Shown piece after piece: positions 10,423-19,611 of a stretch of 64,000 nucleotides of DNA. Within the stretch, counting starts at the first letter, position 1; every line of letters starts with the position of its first letter. The stretch comes from an uncultured Collinsella sp. GTDB taxonomy: Bacteria; Actinomycetota; Coriobacteriia; Coriobacteriales; Coriobacteriaceae. A program made the position numbers and the translations under genes. Where the stretch lies: NCBI GenBank assembly GCA_959606065.1, contig CAUHHV010000002.1, positions 56,575 through 120,574 on the forward strand, read 5' to 3'. The notes below the pieces were generated by a model that saw only the letters and a list, made by a program, of their open reading frames with translations, did no database searches and was not told where the DNA came from.

Positions 10423-10893
10423 CTAGCGGTTGCGTTCCTTAAGGGCGCGGTCGATCTCGCGTTGGACATCACGCTTGGCCATGTCCTCGCGCTTGTCGTA
10501 GAGCTTCTTGCCGCGACCCAGACCCAGCAGCAGCTTTACGCGGCCGTCGTTATTAAAGTAGAGCTCCAACGGAACCAGCGCATAACCACGGTTGCGAAGT
10601 TTGCCGTCAAGAAAGTCGATCTCCTTGCGGTGCAGCAGCAGACGACGCCGACGGTCGGGATCGCGATTCCACACGCCACCATGGCTATAGGGGTGGATAT
10701 GCAGGCCGACGAGCCAGCACTCCCCGCCGCGGATCAGCGCGAAGGTATCGGTGATCTGGCAGGCGCGCTCGCGAATCGACTTGACCTCGGTGCCGCTCAG
10801 TTCAATGCCACACTCAAATGTCTCATCGATAAAGTACTCGTGATGCGCCGAGCGATTCTTGGAAATGAGCTTGCGCTCGCGCTTACTGGGCAT
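10423..10893 (-). CDS. smpB: SsrA-binding protein SmpB
   Basis: 156-aa core MPSKRERKLISKNRSAHHEYFIDETFECGIELSGTEVKS... The ORF extension upstream of that start is discounted. Confidence 0.9.
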   Translation of the reverse strand: MPSKRERKLISKNRSAHHEYFIDETFECGIELSGTEVKSIRERACQITDTFALIRGGECWLVGLHIHPYSHGGVWNRDPDRRRRLLLHRKEIDFLDGKLRNRGYALVPLELYFNNDGRVKLLLGLGRGKKLYDKREDMAKRDVQREIDRALKERNR

Positions 10894-11851
10894 CGCCGGC
10901 CTCCTTGGCGCCATCGGCGTTTGAGCCCGCAGCCTCGCGCTTTGCCTTGCGCTCGGCATTGAGCTCGGCATCGCTCTCGCGCACCAGTTTAATAATCGCC
11001 GCGCAGGCCTCCTCGCCCACCAAGTCGCGAGCACGCACCGTCAGGCGCGTCGCCTCCTGCTTGTCGCCGTCGCTTGCGGCATCGGTCGCGCACATAATCA
11101 GGCAGATGGCAATCTCGGCCGAAGGCGAGGTCGGAACGCCTTGCAGGGCCAGTTCACCCATCACGTGCTCGTCGCTCTCATCGGCGGCATCCGGATAGGT
11201 GGTATGGATCTTGTTGAGCAGGCGCGTCGTATGCGCATCGTTGGGCGCCAGGCGCAGCGCCAGACGCGCGCAGCCCACGGCAGCCGAAACGTTCTCGGTC
11301 TCGGGCTCCAAGAAGTACTGACCTAGATTGGCGTAAGCACGGGCGGCGCACTTGCCATCACTTGCACGCTCCAGCACCGAGAACGAGAGCGATGCCCATT
11401 CCTGCTTGTCCTCGAGTGCGCGGAACAGCTCGGCCAAATCCAAGCGATAGTTGCAGTTCATGGGGTCCCAACGCACAGCCTGCATCAGGGCATTACGAGC
11501 GCTCACATAATCCTGCTGGCGAATGTAGGCAAACGCCATATCAGAGTACAGGCGGTCAAACGGCACCTCGACCTGCACGAGCTCGCGCGGATCCTTCTCC
11601 ACGCGGCGATAGGCCAAGCGCTCAAACTTGCTATCGAAGCTAAAGTATTGACGCTTCTCCTCCGTCTTGCACTCAGCATCGATATACTCCTCGGCGAGCT
11701 CCACCAGACGCTCCAGCAGCGGCGTCGCCGTAGCCAGGTCGCCCTGCGCCAGATAGTTCTCGGCATACGTGATGTCTTGCAAGCTGATGGGCAGATCCAT
11801 GGCTACTCCTCGATCTGAGCGAAACACGGCAGGCGCCGTATATACGGTCAA
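10883..11851 (-). CDS. tetratricopeptide-repeat-like protein with an acidic C-terminal region
   Basis: 322-aa ORF with repeated A/L/Y-rich helical pairs. Overlaps the smpB start by 11 nt. Confidence 0.55.
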   Translation of the reverse strand: MTVYTAPAVFRSDRGVAMDLPISLQDITYAENYLAQGDLATATPLLERLVELAEEYIDAECKTEEKRQYFSFDSKFERLAYRRVEKDPRELVQVEVPFDRLYSDMAFAYIRQQDYVSARNALMQAVRWDPMNCNYRLDLAELFRALEDKQEWASLSFSVLERASDGKCAARAYANLGQYFLEPETENVSAAVGCARLALRLAPNDAHTTRLLNKIHTTYPDAADESDEHVMGELALQGVPTSPSAEIAICLIMCATDAASDGDKQEATRLTVRARDLVGEEACAAIIKLVRESDAELNAERKAKREAAGSNADGAKEAGDAQ

Positions 11852-11894
11852 TACACAAAACCCGGGTCTCTTACGAGGCCCGGGCGTTCAATTT

Positions 11895-11970
11895 TGGTAG
11901 CCCGTACCAGATTCGAACTGGTGATCTCCGCCTTGAGAGGGCGGCGTCCTAAACCGCTAGACGAACGGGC
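11895..11970 (-). tRNA. tRNA-Glu (anticodon CTC)
   Basis: Hand-folded cloverleaf: acceptor GCCCGT, anticodon stem CCGCC/GGCGG around loop CTCTCAA, T-loop GTTCGAATC, CCA encoded. Confidence 0.75.
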
Positions 11971-11988
11971 CATATGTAGCAAATGCAA

Positions 11989-12062
11989 TGGCTGGGATGG
12001 AGGGAGTCGAACCCCCATTGACGGAACCAGAATCCGCTGTCCTGCCATTAGACGACATCCCA
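11989..12062 (-). tRNA. tRNA-Gln (anticodon CTG)
   Basis: Hand-folded: acceptor TGGGATG/CATCCCA, anticodon loop TTCTGGT, T-loop GGTTCGACTCC, CCA encoded. Confidence 0.7.
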
Positions 12063-12328
12063 ATGACTGCATCGCTGCGCTCGGCTGTGCCTTTGCGCAA
12101 GAAAGAAATATACGGGAAGTCCCGCCGTGACGCAAGCCCTAATTTTGACTTTTTTGAAATTCAGTCAAATACGGCCGACACGTGAAGGACCTGTGAAGTC
12201 GACCGCTGCACACGAAGGGCAAAACGCCGCGAGCGGTAGCCGTCAACCGTTGGCAGATTCTACCGCGAAAACGATAGCACCAGGCAACACAATCGAAGTA
12301 TCAATGATCACGTAGATATCGAGGCGCC

Positions 12329-12739
12329 ATGGACGAAGAGCTTGATTACCTATGGGAGACCCTGGGCCTCGAGATCACTGCTGACCTTTGGCCCGAACGG
12401 GACAAAATCCATCCCACCCTGCGCCCCGCCATCACGGTGATGCAGGCAAAATACCGCCGTGCATCCTTTTTGATCATGCGGATGTCATGGCACGCGGGAC
12501 TCCCCGACCTTAAGCGAATCCAGGCAAGCCTCGTCGAGCTGTCCGGTATGCCGACTGTCATATCCGAGGCGCACCTGGAGCAGCGCCAACGCGAGCGACT
12601 GCAACAGCAGCGGATTCCCTTTATCTGCCCCGGTGTTCAGGCATATCTGCCCTTTATGGACGAGGAGTACTGGAGCGGCAAGCCCAACAAGCACGTAAAG
12701 GTCTACGGTCCGCACGAATGGGCACAGCTCAAGGATTGA
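12329..12739 (+). CDS. hypothetical protein (136 aa)
   Basis: ORF of unknown family in the islet beside the tRNAs. Confidence 0.45.
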   Translation: MDEELDYLWETLGLEITADLWPERDKIHPTLRPAITVMQAKYRRASFLIMRMSWHAGLPDLKRIQASLVELSGMPTVISEAHLEQRQRERLQQQRIPFICPGVQAYLPFMDEEYWSGKPNKHVKVYGPHEWAQLKD

Positions 12740-12811
12740 GCCGAGCGAGCCCTCCGATGGAAAACACGTCCCACCCCGAGCGCTCAAAACGGGTCGCACT
12801 TTCCGCAGCCG

Positions 12812-13171
12812 CTACAGCAGCGCCTCGGTCCAAGCTGCTTCCCTAAAGCCGGGAATCGCAAAGTCGTCGCCCACCAACAGCGGACGCTTGACCAGCATGC
12901 CGTCGGTCGCCAGCAGCTCGTAGCACTCCCGATCCGTCATGCCCGCATCTAGACGCGCCTTCAGGCCCAGCTCTCGATATTTCATGCCCGACGAATTAAA
13001 GAAGCGCCGCACCGGCAGTCCCGAACGAGCAATCCAGGTCGCAAGCTCATCAGCCGTGGGATTGTCCAAAACGATATCGCGGTCGATATACTCTACCCCG
13101 TGTTCGTCCAGCCATGCCTTGGCCTTCTTACAGGTCGAGCACTTGGGATATTCAACAAACAGTACGGTCAT
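12812..13171 (-). CDS. ArsC/Spx-family thioredoxin-fold protein (CxxC)
   Basis: MTVLFVEYPKCSTCKKAKAWLDEHGVEYIDRD... shows an N-terminal CxxC in an ArsC-like fold. Start trimmed to the ATG of MTVLF. Confidence 0.7.
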   Translation of the reverse strand: MTVLFVEYPKCSTCKKAKAWLDEHGVEYIDRDIVLDNPTADELATWIARSGLPVRRFFNSSGMKYRELGLKARLDAGMTDRECYELLATDGMLVKRPLLVGDDFAIPGFREAAWTEALL

Positions 13172-13293
13172 GGGATTTCCTTTCTTAGAGAAAACAGGTG
13201 TCCGGAAAACTGCACATCGACGACCACTCGCGATTGCAGCCGTTATTGTAGCCAATGTCGAAGCATAGGCAGTCGCGATGTCTCGTCTTAAGG

Positions 13294-13917
13294 CTAGCGC
13301 CTCGCATGGGCGCCGATCGGCCGAGTCGCATAGCGCACCAACGCCGCTGCCAGCAATACCAACAGCATCGCGGTAACATAGCCCGCAGCATCGAATCCTA
13401 AATCGATAACGTCGAAATGCCTGCCGGGAACAAAGATCTTATGTACCTGATCGCCAACGGAGCAGACGGCGCAAAAGAGCAACACGGGCACGCAACGGGA
13501 GCATACGCTCCACGGACGCCTGGAAAAGCAAACCACGACCACCGAGGCGAACAATCCGACGAAGAAAAACTCTACGGTATGGGCAACGCGACGGACGTTC
13601 GTGCCCACCCACATGCGAATGGAAGCAAGTCGGCCAGACCGGACATTCGAAGCAGCCGAATCGGTGCCCCCGGTCATCCCGTTCTCGGTCTGAGCTTCAC
13701 CCGCGACATCGGCAGCCTGAACGCCCGTAGCCTGACCCTCCACCACGCGCGCGGTGGACTCGCTCAGCAACGACGTCTCCACCGCATTTTGCTCCGTCAG
13801 CACCCAGATGCCCGCCAGCGTTGCAGCGAACAGAATGATCGCGGTCCATCCGATTATTTGTTTTACGCGCGCCAAGGGCCTACCTCCTTTTTTGAATATC
13901 AGCGAGTGTAGCCCCAA
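13294..13917 (-). CDS. VanZ-like family membrane protein
   Basis: Multi-TM ORF with a VanZ-like hydrophobic core. Confidence 0.55.
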   Translation of the reverse strand: MGLHSLIFKKGGRPLARVKQIIGWTAIILFAATLAGIWVLTEQNAVETSLLSESTARVVEGQATGVQAADVAGEAQTENGMTGGTDSAASNVRSGRLASIRMWVGTNVRRVAHTVEFFFVGLFASVVVVCFSRRPWSVCSRCVPVLLFCAVCSVGDQVHKIFVPGRHFDVIDLGFDAAGYVTAMLLVLLAAALVRYATRPIGAHARR

Positions 13918-13979
13918 ATGGCATCGTCACCGTATCAAAATTTGAATCGCAACAGGAAGCGACAAAGCGACGCAAACCC

Positions 13980-14585
13980 CTACCCCGCCTCGCGCATCCA
14001 GCGATCGAACGTCCCCACGCACACGCCCAGGCACTTTGCCGCCTGGCTGCGGGTAATATCGCCCGCCTCATAGCTATCGCGCACCAGCTCAAACTGAGGA
14101 GGGCACGGCTTGCGAGGTCGACCGAAACGGACCCCTCGCGCCCGCGCCGCTGCAATCCCCTCCGCCTGGCGCCGATGAATATTCTCGCGCTCCACCTGCG
14201 CCACGTAGCTCAGCAGTTGTAGCACAATATCGGCAATCAGGGTATTGGTCACATCCGGCGCGCCGCTGGCCCTGGCGCGCGTGTCAAGCAATGGCATGTC
14301 CAACACCACAATGGCAACCCCGAGCTCCTTGGTAATGCGTCGCCATTCCTCAAGAATCTCGGAGTAATTACGGCCAAGCCGGTCGATAGAAAGCACCACC
14401 AGCACGTCCCCGTCTCCCAGGATGTGCAGCAGCTCGCGATACCGCGGGCGATCGAAGTCCTTGCCGCTCGCATGGTCGGCATAAATATTCGCCGAGCCCA
14501 CGCCATAGGCGCCCAGCGCATCCAGCTGCCGATTTAGATTCTGATCGCGCGAACTCACCCGCGCATAACCATACACCGTCGCCAT
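13980..14585 (-). CDS. serine recombinase (resolvase/invertase family) with C-terminal HTH
   Basis: MATVYGYARVSSRDQNLNRQ... shows the catalytic Ser in the YARVSS motif and an HTH tail. Start trimmed to MATVYGY. Confidence 0.85.
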   Translation of the reverse strand: MATVYGYARVSSRDQNLNRQLDALGAYGVGSANIYADHASGKDFDRPRYRELLHILGDGDVLVVLSIDRLGRNYSEILEEWRRITKELGVAIVVLDMPLLDTRARASGAPDVTNTLIADIVLQLLSYVAQVERENIHRRQAEGIAAARARGVRFGRPRKPCPPQFELVRDSYEAGDITRSQAAKCLGVCVGTFDRWMREAG

Positions 14586-14606
14586 CTCATCCCCGCTTTC
14601 TTGTAA

Positions 14607-14647
14607 ACCTGCCAAAAAGGGACAGGTTTATTTTGGTAGGTTTTACC
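14607..14647. repeat. Family-4 41-nt motif ACCTGCCAAAAAGGGACAGGTTTATTTTGGTAGGTTTTACC, immediately upstream of the recombinase start
   Basis: 36/41 identical to 26701-26741, which lies upstream of secA. Confidence 0.55.
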
Positions 14648-14762
14648 TCTCGAATAGCAGGTAAGCGGGCGGCCGAGCGGACGGCAAGGTAGCTATGATC
14701 CAAATGCGGAGGGCGGCCCCGAAAGACCGCCCTCCGCTCTCCCGCCATGAGTCGAGATTTGG

Positions 14763-16898
14763 CTAATGGATAAGCTTAAAGTCCAAGTGCCCACGCGTGG
14801 TATTGACGCGCGAAACCTCGATAATCACGCGCTGGCCCAGTTCATAGCGAGTCCCCGTGTCGGCGCCCGTCAGCGTAAGCGCATCCTCGTCGAACTCGAA
14901 CCACTCGTTGCCCAGACTCTTGATCGAAACCAAGCCTTCGACCTGCGTCAGGTCCAAGCGCACAAAGAGGCCCATGCTGCTGACCCATGAGACCGTTCCG
15001 GCATAGCGCTCGCCCAGGCGATCCTCATAGTACTGGGCAATCTTGATCTTTTGCGTCGCATGGCTAGCGGCATCTGCCGCGCGCTCGGCATCGCTGCATG
15101 CGCGGCAGATCTGCGGCAGAATGCGCGGCAGCGACTCGCGCCCCTTGCCGATCAGCCGCGGTGTACGGACCAGGGCGTCCTTGCCGCCGAGCTGCTCATA
15201 GGCCAACTGCAGTTTGAGCACGCGGTGCACCACCAGATCGGGGTAGCGACGGATGGGACTCGTAAAGTGACAGTAGCACGGCGCGGCGAGCGCAAAGTGG
15301 CCCTCGTTGCGCGGCTTGTACAGTGCGCGCTGCATGCTGCGCAGAAGCAGCGTGTTGACGAGCGGTGCGTTGGCCGTACCGGCGGCAGCATCAACTGCAG
15401 CCTGTAGCTCATCGGGACTCCCCAGGGCGATACCGGCAGCACGGCGATCGTCGATGATGCCCAGCTGCGCCAGCGCAACGGCGGCACCGTGCAGGCTATC
15501 GGGGCTCGGATCCTCATGCACGCGATAGCAGGCCTCGATATCACGGTCTGCCAGCCACTCTGCAACGCACTCGTTGGCGAGTAGCATGGCTTCCTCGATA
15601 AGCGACGTGGCACACGAACGCTCGCGCGCCACAATCTGCACGGGTACTCCGTCCTCATCCAATAGAGCGCGAATCTCGGCCGTGTCAAAATCGACTGAGC
15701 CGCGGGCACGACGAATACGACGGCGAAGTTCGGCGAGTTCGTTGGCGGCGACAAGGAAATCGCCGAGGTCGACGTTATAGCCGCGAGCAGTTTCCTCGCA
15801 CGCAAGACCGCGCTCAAGCGCCTCCTCGCGCGAGGCCTCAGCAGCCGCAACATCCTCAGCGGCGCCTTCCAGCACCGAATACTCAACCGCGTCGGCACGC
15901 ACCAGCAGCGCCTCGGCGCCGTCATAGTCCATACGCACACGCGAGCGAATCACGCTGGGGTACGGATCGTAATGCCGCACGCGACCCTGCGCATCGAGCT
16001 CAATATCAACGGTAAACGCAAGACGGTCCTCGTCAGGGCGAAGCGAGCACAGGTCACAGGACAGGCGTTCGGGCAGCATGGGAAGCACGCGATCGGCCAG
16101 ATACACCGATGTCGTACGATGGCGAGCCTCAAGATCGATATGCCCGTCCCAAGCCACATAGTGTGAAACGTCGGCGATATGCACGCCCAGCTTGTAGCCA
16201 CCCTCGGGCGTACGCTCCAGCGAAATGGCATCGTCAAAGTCGCGCGCGTCGACCGGGTCGATCGTGATGACAAAGCGGTCGCGCAGATCGCGGCGGAGCG
16301 GATCCTTAAGCGCTGCGGACACATCGAGCGAAAGCCCCTCGGCCTCGTCTAGCGCGGCCTCGGGATAGCTATCGGTATAGCCGTAACGCGCCATCACATA
16401 TTGAACACCCAAATCGGGCGCGTCATCTCCGCCAATGCGGCGTTCGATCGTCACGGTACCCGATTCCAGGCGCGTCGGGTAGGTCAAAATGCGTGCGACA
16501 ACGGCATCACCCGGGCGGACGCCCAGGCGATCCGCCGAGGTATCCTCGGGCAGAATGAAGAAGTCGGCCTTCAGACGCGAATCGAGCGGCTCAATCACAC
16601 CGAGCGGACCGGCGGTCTGGTACGTACCCACCACGCTTACGGCTGCGCGCTCAACCACGCCTTCGATCACGGCGCGCCGTTCACCGTGTGGGCTGTTCTT
16701 AATGCTCACGGCAACGGTATCGCCATCCATGATCTCGCGCTTACCGCGGCCCATGACCTTGTAGTCGCCGTTTTCGGTTACAACGTAGGCGCTATGCTCA
16801 TGGAGCTGCACGCGTCCGGTCAGGCTCGGACGGCGTTCGCTGCGCACCGGCCCGCGCTTATTGCGAGCTCCACGCTTATGCTTGTTATTGCGCCCCAT
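14763..16898 (-). CDS. rnr: ribonuclease R (RNB family 3'-5' exoribonuclease with C-terminal S1 domain)
   Basis: 711 aa with an RNB catalytic region and a C-terminal S1 domain. Basic N-terminus. Confidence 0.85.
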   Translation of the reverse strand: MGRNNKHKRGARNKRGPVRSERRPSLTGRVQLHEHSAYVVTENGDYKVMGRGKREIMDGDTVAVSIKNSPHGERRAVIEGVVERAAVSVVGTYQTAGPLGVIEPLDSRLKADFFILPEDTSADRLGVRPGDAVVARILTYPTRLESGTVTIERRIGGDDAPDLGVQYVMARYGYTDSYPEAALDEAEGLSLDVSAALKDPLRRDLRDRFVITIDPVDARDFDDAISLERTPEGGYKLGVHIADVSHYVAWDGHIDLEARHRTTSVYLADRVLPMLPERLSCDLCSLRPDEDRLAFTVDIELDAQGRVRHYDPYPSVIRSRVRMDYDGAEALLVRADAVEYSVLEGAAEDVAAAEASREEALERGLACEETARGYNVDLGDFLVAANELAELRRRIRRARGSVDFDTAEIRALLDEDGVPVQIVARERSCATSLIEEAMLLANECVAEWLADRDIEACYRVHEDPSPDSLHGAAVALAQLGIIDDRRAAGIALGSPDELQAAVDAAAGTANAPLVNTLLLRSMQRALYKPRNEGHFALAAPCYCHFTSPIRRYPDLVVHRVLKLQLAYEQLGGKDALVRTPRLIGKGRESLPRILPQICRACSDAERAADAASHATQKIKIAQYYEDRLGERYAGTVSWVSSMGLFVRLDLTQVEGLVSIKSLGNEWFEFDEDALTLTGADTGTRYELGQRVIIEVSRVNTTRGHLDFKLIH

Positions 16899-16962
16899 GG
16901 CGCCTCCTAACTATCGATGACGAACTCCAAAGAGTCTACCCAAATGATTCGCTTTCCTGCCG

Positions 16963-16999
16963 TCCCCTAGAGATCAAAAAACGGGCCGCCCCATAAGAG
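16963..16999 (-). terminator. candidate intrinsic terminator after ftsX
   Basis: Minus-strand hairpin ACGGGTCG..CGGCCCGT followed by TTTTTTGATC, about 40 nt past the ftsX stop. Confidence 0.55.
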
Positions 17000-17033
17000 A
17001 CGACCCGTTGGAAGGGATGAATTCCAGGCATGC

Positions 17034-17954
17034 CTACACGCGCAGGTAGCGGCGCATGGCGATGGCAGAACCAAAGAGACCGATAATCACGCCGACCAGA
17101 ATCAGCGCAGCATAGGTCACCAGGTAGTACTGCATCGGCAGGGCAAACGACATCCAGCCGATGCTCTCCTGCAGACGCGGAATCATCAGATTACGCAGCA
17201 GCTCCAGAACGCCGATGGAAAGCAGCGAGCCCAAAATGGCCTGCAGTACGCCCTCGGTGATAAACGGGCCACGAATGAAGCCGTTGCTGGCGCCGACCAG
17301 ACGCATAATCGCAATCTCACGACGACGCGCCGTGATGGACAGGCGAATCGTGTTGTTGATGAAGATGAATGCGATAAAGGTCAGAAGGCCAACGAGCACC
17401 ACGGCGGCGATGCGAATGTAGTTGGTCACCTGGAACAGGCGGCTCACTTCCTCCTGGCCGTACAGCACGCTCGCGTTGACGTCGCCGTCATCCGCGATCT
17501 TCTGGAAATCGGCATTCTTCTTGAGCTTCTCTGCCGTGCTCTCGACCTTGGACGGATCGTCCATCTCAATTGCAAACGAAGCCGGCAGCGGGTTCTGGCC
17601 ATCGAGCGCGCTCATGGTGGCGTCGGCGTTGCCCGACATCTTGCTCGTATACTCGGCCAGCGCGTCGTCCTTGTCCTTATAGGTAACGGACTTGACGTTA
17701 TTCCACGTCTTAAGCTCGGCCTCAAAAGCCTGAACATCGGCCTGATCGGCGTCATCACTAATGAACGCGTTGATGACAACCTGATCCTCGACGGTGCCGA
17801 TCACGGAGTTCAGCATCGCGGAGCCCATGATAAACAGGCCGATGATAAACAGCGAAAGGAAGATCGTGATGACGGCGCCGAGCGAGGTAGTCCAGTTACG
17901 GAAGAAGTGGCTGATTGCCTCTTTGAAGGAGTAGCCCACGTTAGTTGGTGCCAT
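17034..17954 (-). CDS. ftsX: cell division permease FtsX
   Basis: 306 aa with FtsX topology: TM1, an extracytoplasmic domain, then three C-terminal TM segments. Overlaps the ftsE stop. Confidence 0.85.
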   Translation of the reverse strand: MAPTNVGYSFKEAISHFFRNWTTSLGAVITIFLSLFIIGLFIMGSAMLNSVIGTVEDQVVINAFISDDADQADVQAFEAELKTWNNVKSVTYKDKDDALAEYTSKMSGNADATMSALDGQNPLPASFAIEMDDPSKVESTAEKLKKNADFQKIADDGDVNASVLYGQEEVSRLFQVTNYIRIAAVVLVGLLTFIAFIFINNTIRLSITARRREIAIMRLVGASNGFIRGPFITEGVLQAILGSLLSIGVLELLRNLMIPRLQESIGWMSFALPMQYYLVTYAALILVGVIIGLFGSAIAMRRYLRV

Positions 17955-19161
17955 AGTTGCCGTAACCTCCCCTCTCCTGGTCGCGGATAACGTGGCCGCC
18001 CTCGAGGGCGATCACGCGACGGTGCATGCTATCGACCATCTCGCGGTCGTGCGTGGCGACGATCACGGTGGTGCCGGTGCGGTTAATACGCTCGAGCAGC
18101 TTCATGATGCCCAGCGAGATCGCCGGGTCGAGGTTACCCGTGGGCTCGTCACAGATCAGCAGCGGCGGACGGTTGACCATAGCGCGGGCGACGGCAACGC
18201 GCTGCTGCTCGCCACCGGAAAGCTGGTCGGGCAGCGAGTCCATCTGATCGGCAAGACCGACCAGACGCAGCACCTCGGGCACCTGGCTGCGAATGACGCC
18301 CTTGGGCTTGCCGATGCACTGCAGGGCAAACGCCACGTTTTCGTAGGCGGTCTTTTGCGGCAGAAGCTTAAAGTCCTGGAACACGGCACCAATCTGACGA
18401 CGCAGGAATGGGACCTTGCGGTTCTTGATCTTCATGAGGTCCTGGCCGGCGACCAAAATACGACCGCTTGTGGGCTTGACGTCGCGGTTGAGCGTCGACA
18501 GCAGCGTGGTCTTGCCCGAGCCGGAGTGACCGACCAAAAAGACGAACTCGCCCGGATAGATCTCGATGTTAATGTCGTCGAGTGCAGGCTTGTTGGGCTG
18601 TGCCGGATAGATCTTGGTGACATGCTCCATAAGGATGACGGGCTCGACACCGGCCTGCTTGGCCATCTTCTTGCGGCTGGCCTGCGGATCGATGGGCGCA
18701 AACACCGACGTAAAATCGGGGTTGTTGAGCGCGTTATCGAGGCTTGCGACCTCGGCTGCCTGATCGCTCTCGACCACCGGGGCAGCAGGCTGCGTGGGAT
18801 CGGGAATAGCGGCAAAGAGGCCGGACTGCGCAGGCTGAGGAGCCGGTGTCGCAGGAGCCATGGGGTCGGGAATGCCGGCCATGCTAGGCTGCGGCGCGGC
18901 GGCGCCAGCCTGAGGCTGCTCCACGCGAGCGGTCACAGCCTGAACGGGCTCAAAACCCGCCGTGCCGGAAAGCGCGACATCGCTGGTGGGATTGTAGGCA
19001 AAGGGATCGGATGCCGGCTGTGCCTGATCTGCCGGCTGAGCGGGAGCCTGAGCAACAGGCTGGCCCTCTGAATCCGGAGTGGCGAAACGACTGCCCTGGA
19101 CGCCTGTCTGCGTCTTGGGGGCATCATCGCCCGCACCGGAGGTACGGAAGTGGTTACCCAC
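17941..19161 (-). CDS. ftsE: cell division ATP-binding protein FtsE; full ORF carries an in-frame 165-aa Pro/Ala/Gln-rich N-terminal extension (core starts at MAKQAGVEPV, about 18666)
   Basis: Walker A GHSGSGKTT, ABC signature LSGGEQQR, Walker B LLICDEP. The N-terminal 165 aa is low complexity. Confidence 0.85.
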   Translation of the reverse strand: MGNHFRTSGAGDDAPKTQTGVQGSRFATPDSEGQPVAQAPAQPADQAQPASDPFAYNPTSDVALSGTAGFEPVQAVTARVEQPQAGAAAPQPSMAGIPDPMAPATPAPQPAQSGLFAAIPDPTQPAAPVVESDQAAEVASLDNALNNPDFTSVFAPIDPQASRKKMAKQAGVEPVILMEHVTKIYPAQPNKPALDDINIEIYPGEFVFLVGHSGSGKTTLLSTLNRDVKPTSGRILVAGQDLMKIKNRKVPFLRRQIGAVFQDFKLLPQKTAYENVAFALQCIGKPKGVIRSQVPEVLRLVGLADQMDSLPDQLSGGEQQRVAVARAMVNRPPLLICDEPTGNLDPAISLGIMKLLERINRTGTTVIVATHDREMVDSMHRRVIALEGGHVIRDQERGGYGNYGTN

Positions 19162-19264
19162 TGGTGCTCCTTATCGTCGTGCGTTTAAACTACATGAGCG
19201 CTTTGTATTTTAGCAGCATTAGCTTTACTGCACATAAGAAGCATGGCGGGGTTTGGGTCTCACC

Positions 19265-19392
19265 GGCCGGGCGCAGGGTTACCTCCCAAATCGTCCTCGC
19301 GCATGGCCTGCATTTGTCCTGCTCCTGCGGAGCTGCGGACAAACGCCGGCCTGCGCTGCGGAAAGATTTGGGAGGTAACCCTGCGCCCGGCC
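19265..19392. repeat. 128-nt palindromic MITE-like element with perfect 28-bp terminal inverted repeats (GGCCGGGCGCAGGGTTACCTCCCAAATC) and a partly self-complementary interior
   Basis: Read directly. It explains the mirrored pseudo-ORFs 19190..19441 and 19243..19425 in the track. Confidence 0.75.
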
Positions 19393-19611
19393 TGCGGCTA
19401 CTATGGGGCCGACGCACCAACTTGAGATGCTGCGCATACAAAGTTGGAAGGGTCTGAATTGCACTTTGTTGGGATGGGCCCGTTTCCCCATGGGAACTTT
19501 GCTTGGCAGGACTCTAATTTTAATTCAGCATAAACAGGGGCGCCCTCTTTGAGGACGCCCCTGTTCTAGCTTGTTTGCGGTTGTCGAAGCGATGTTTTGC
19601 CTCGTCTTGCC

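Noticed and set aside
10216-10423. tmRNA (ssrA) expected next to smpB
   Set aside because: The gap is only about 200 nt and is occupied by the 67-nt palindrome. No tRNA-like 3' end or resume-codon region was found.
19190-19441. Two overlapping small ORFs with mirrored protein sequences
   Set aside because: They are artefacts of translating both strands of the 128-nt perfect palindrome.
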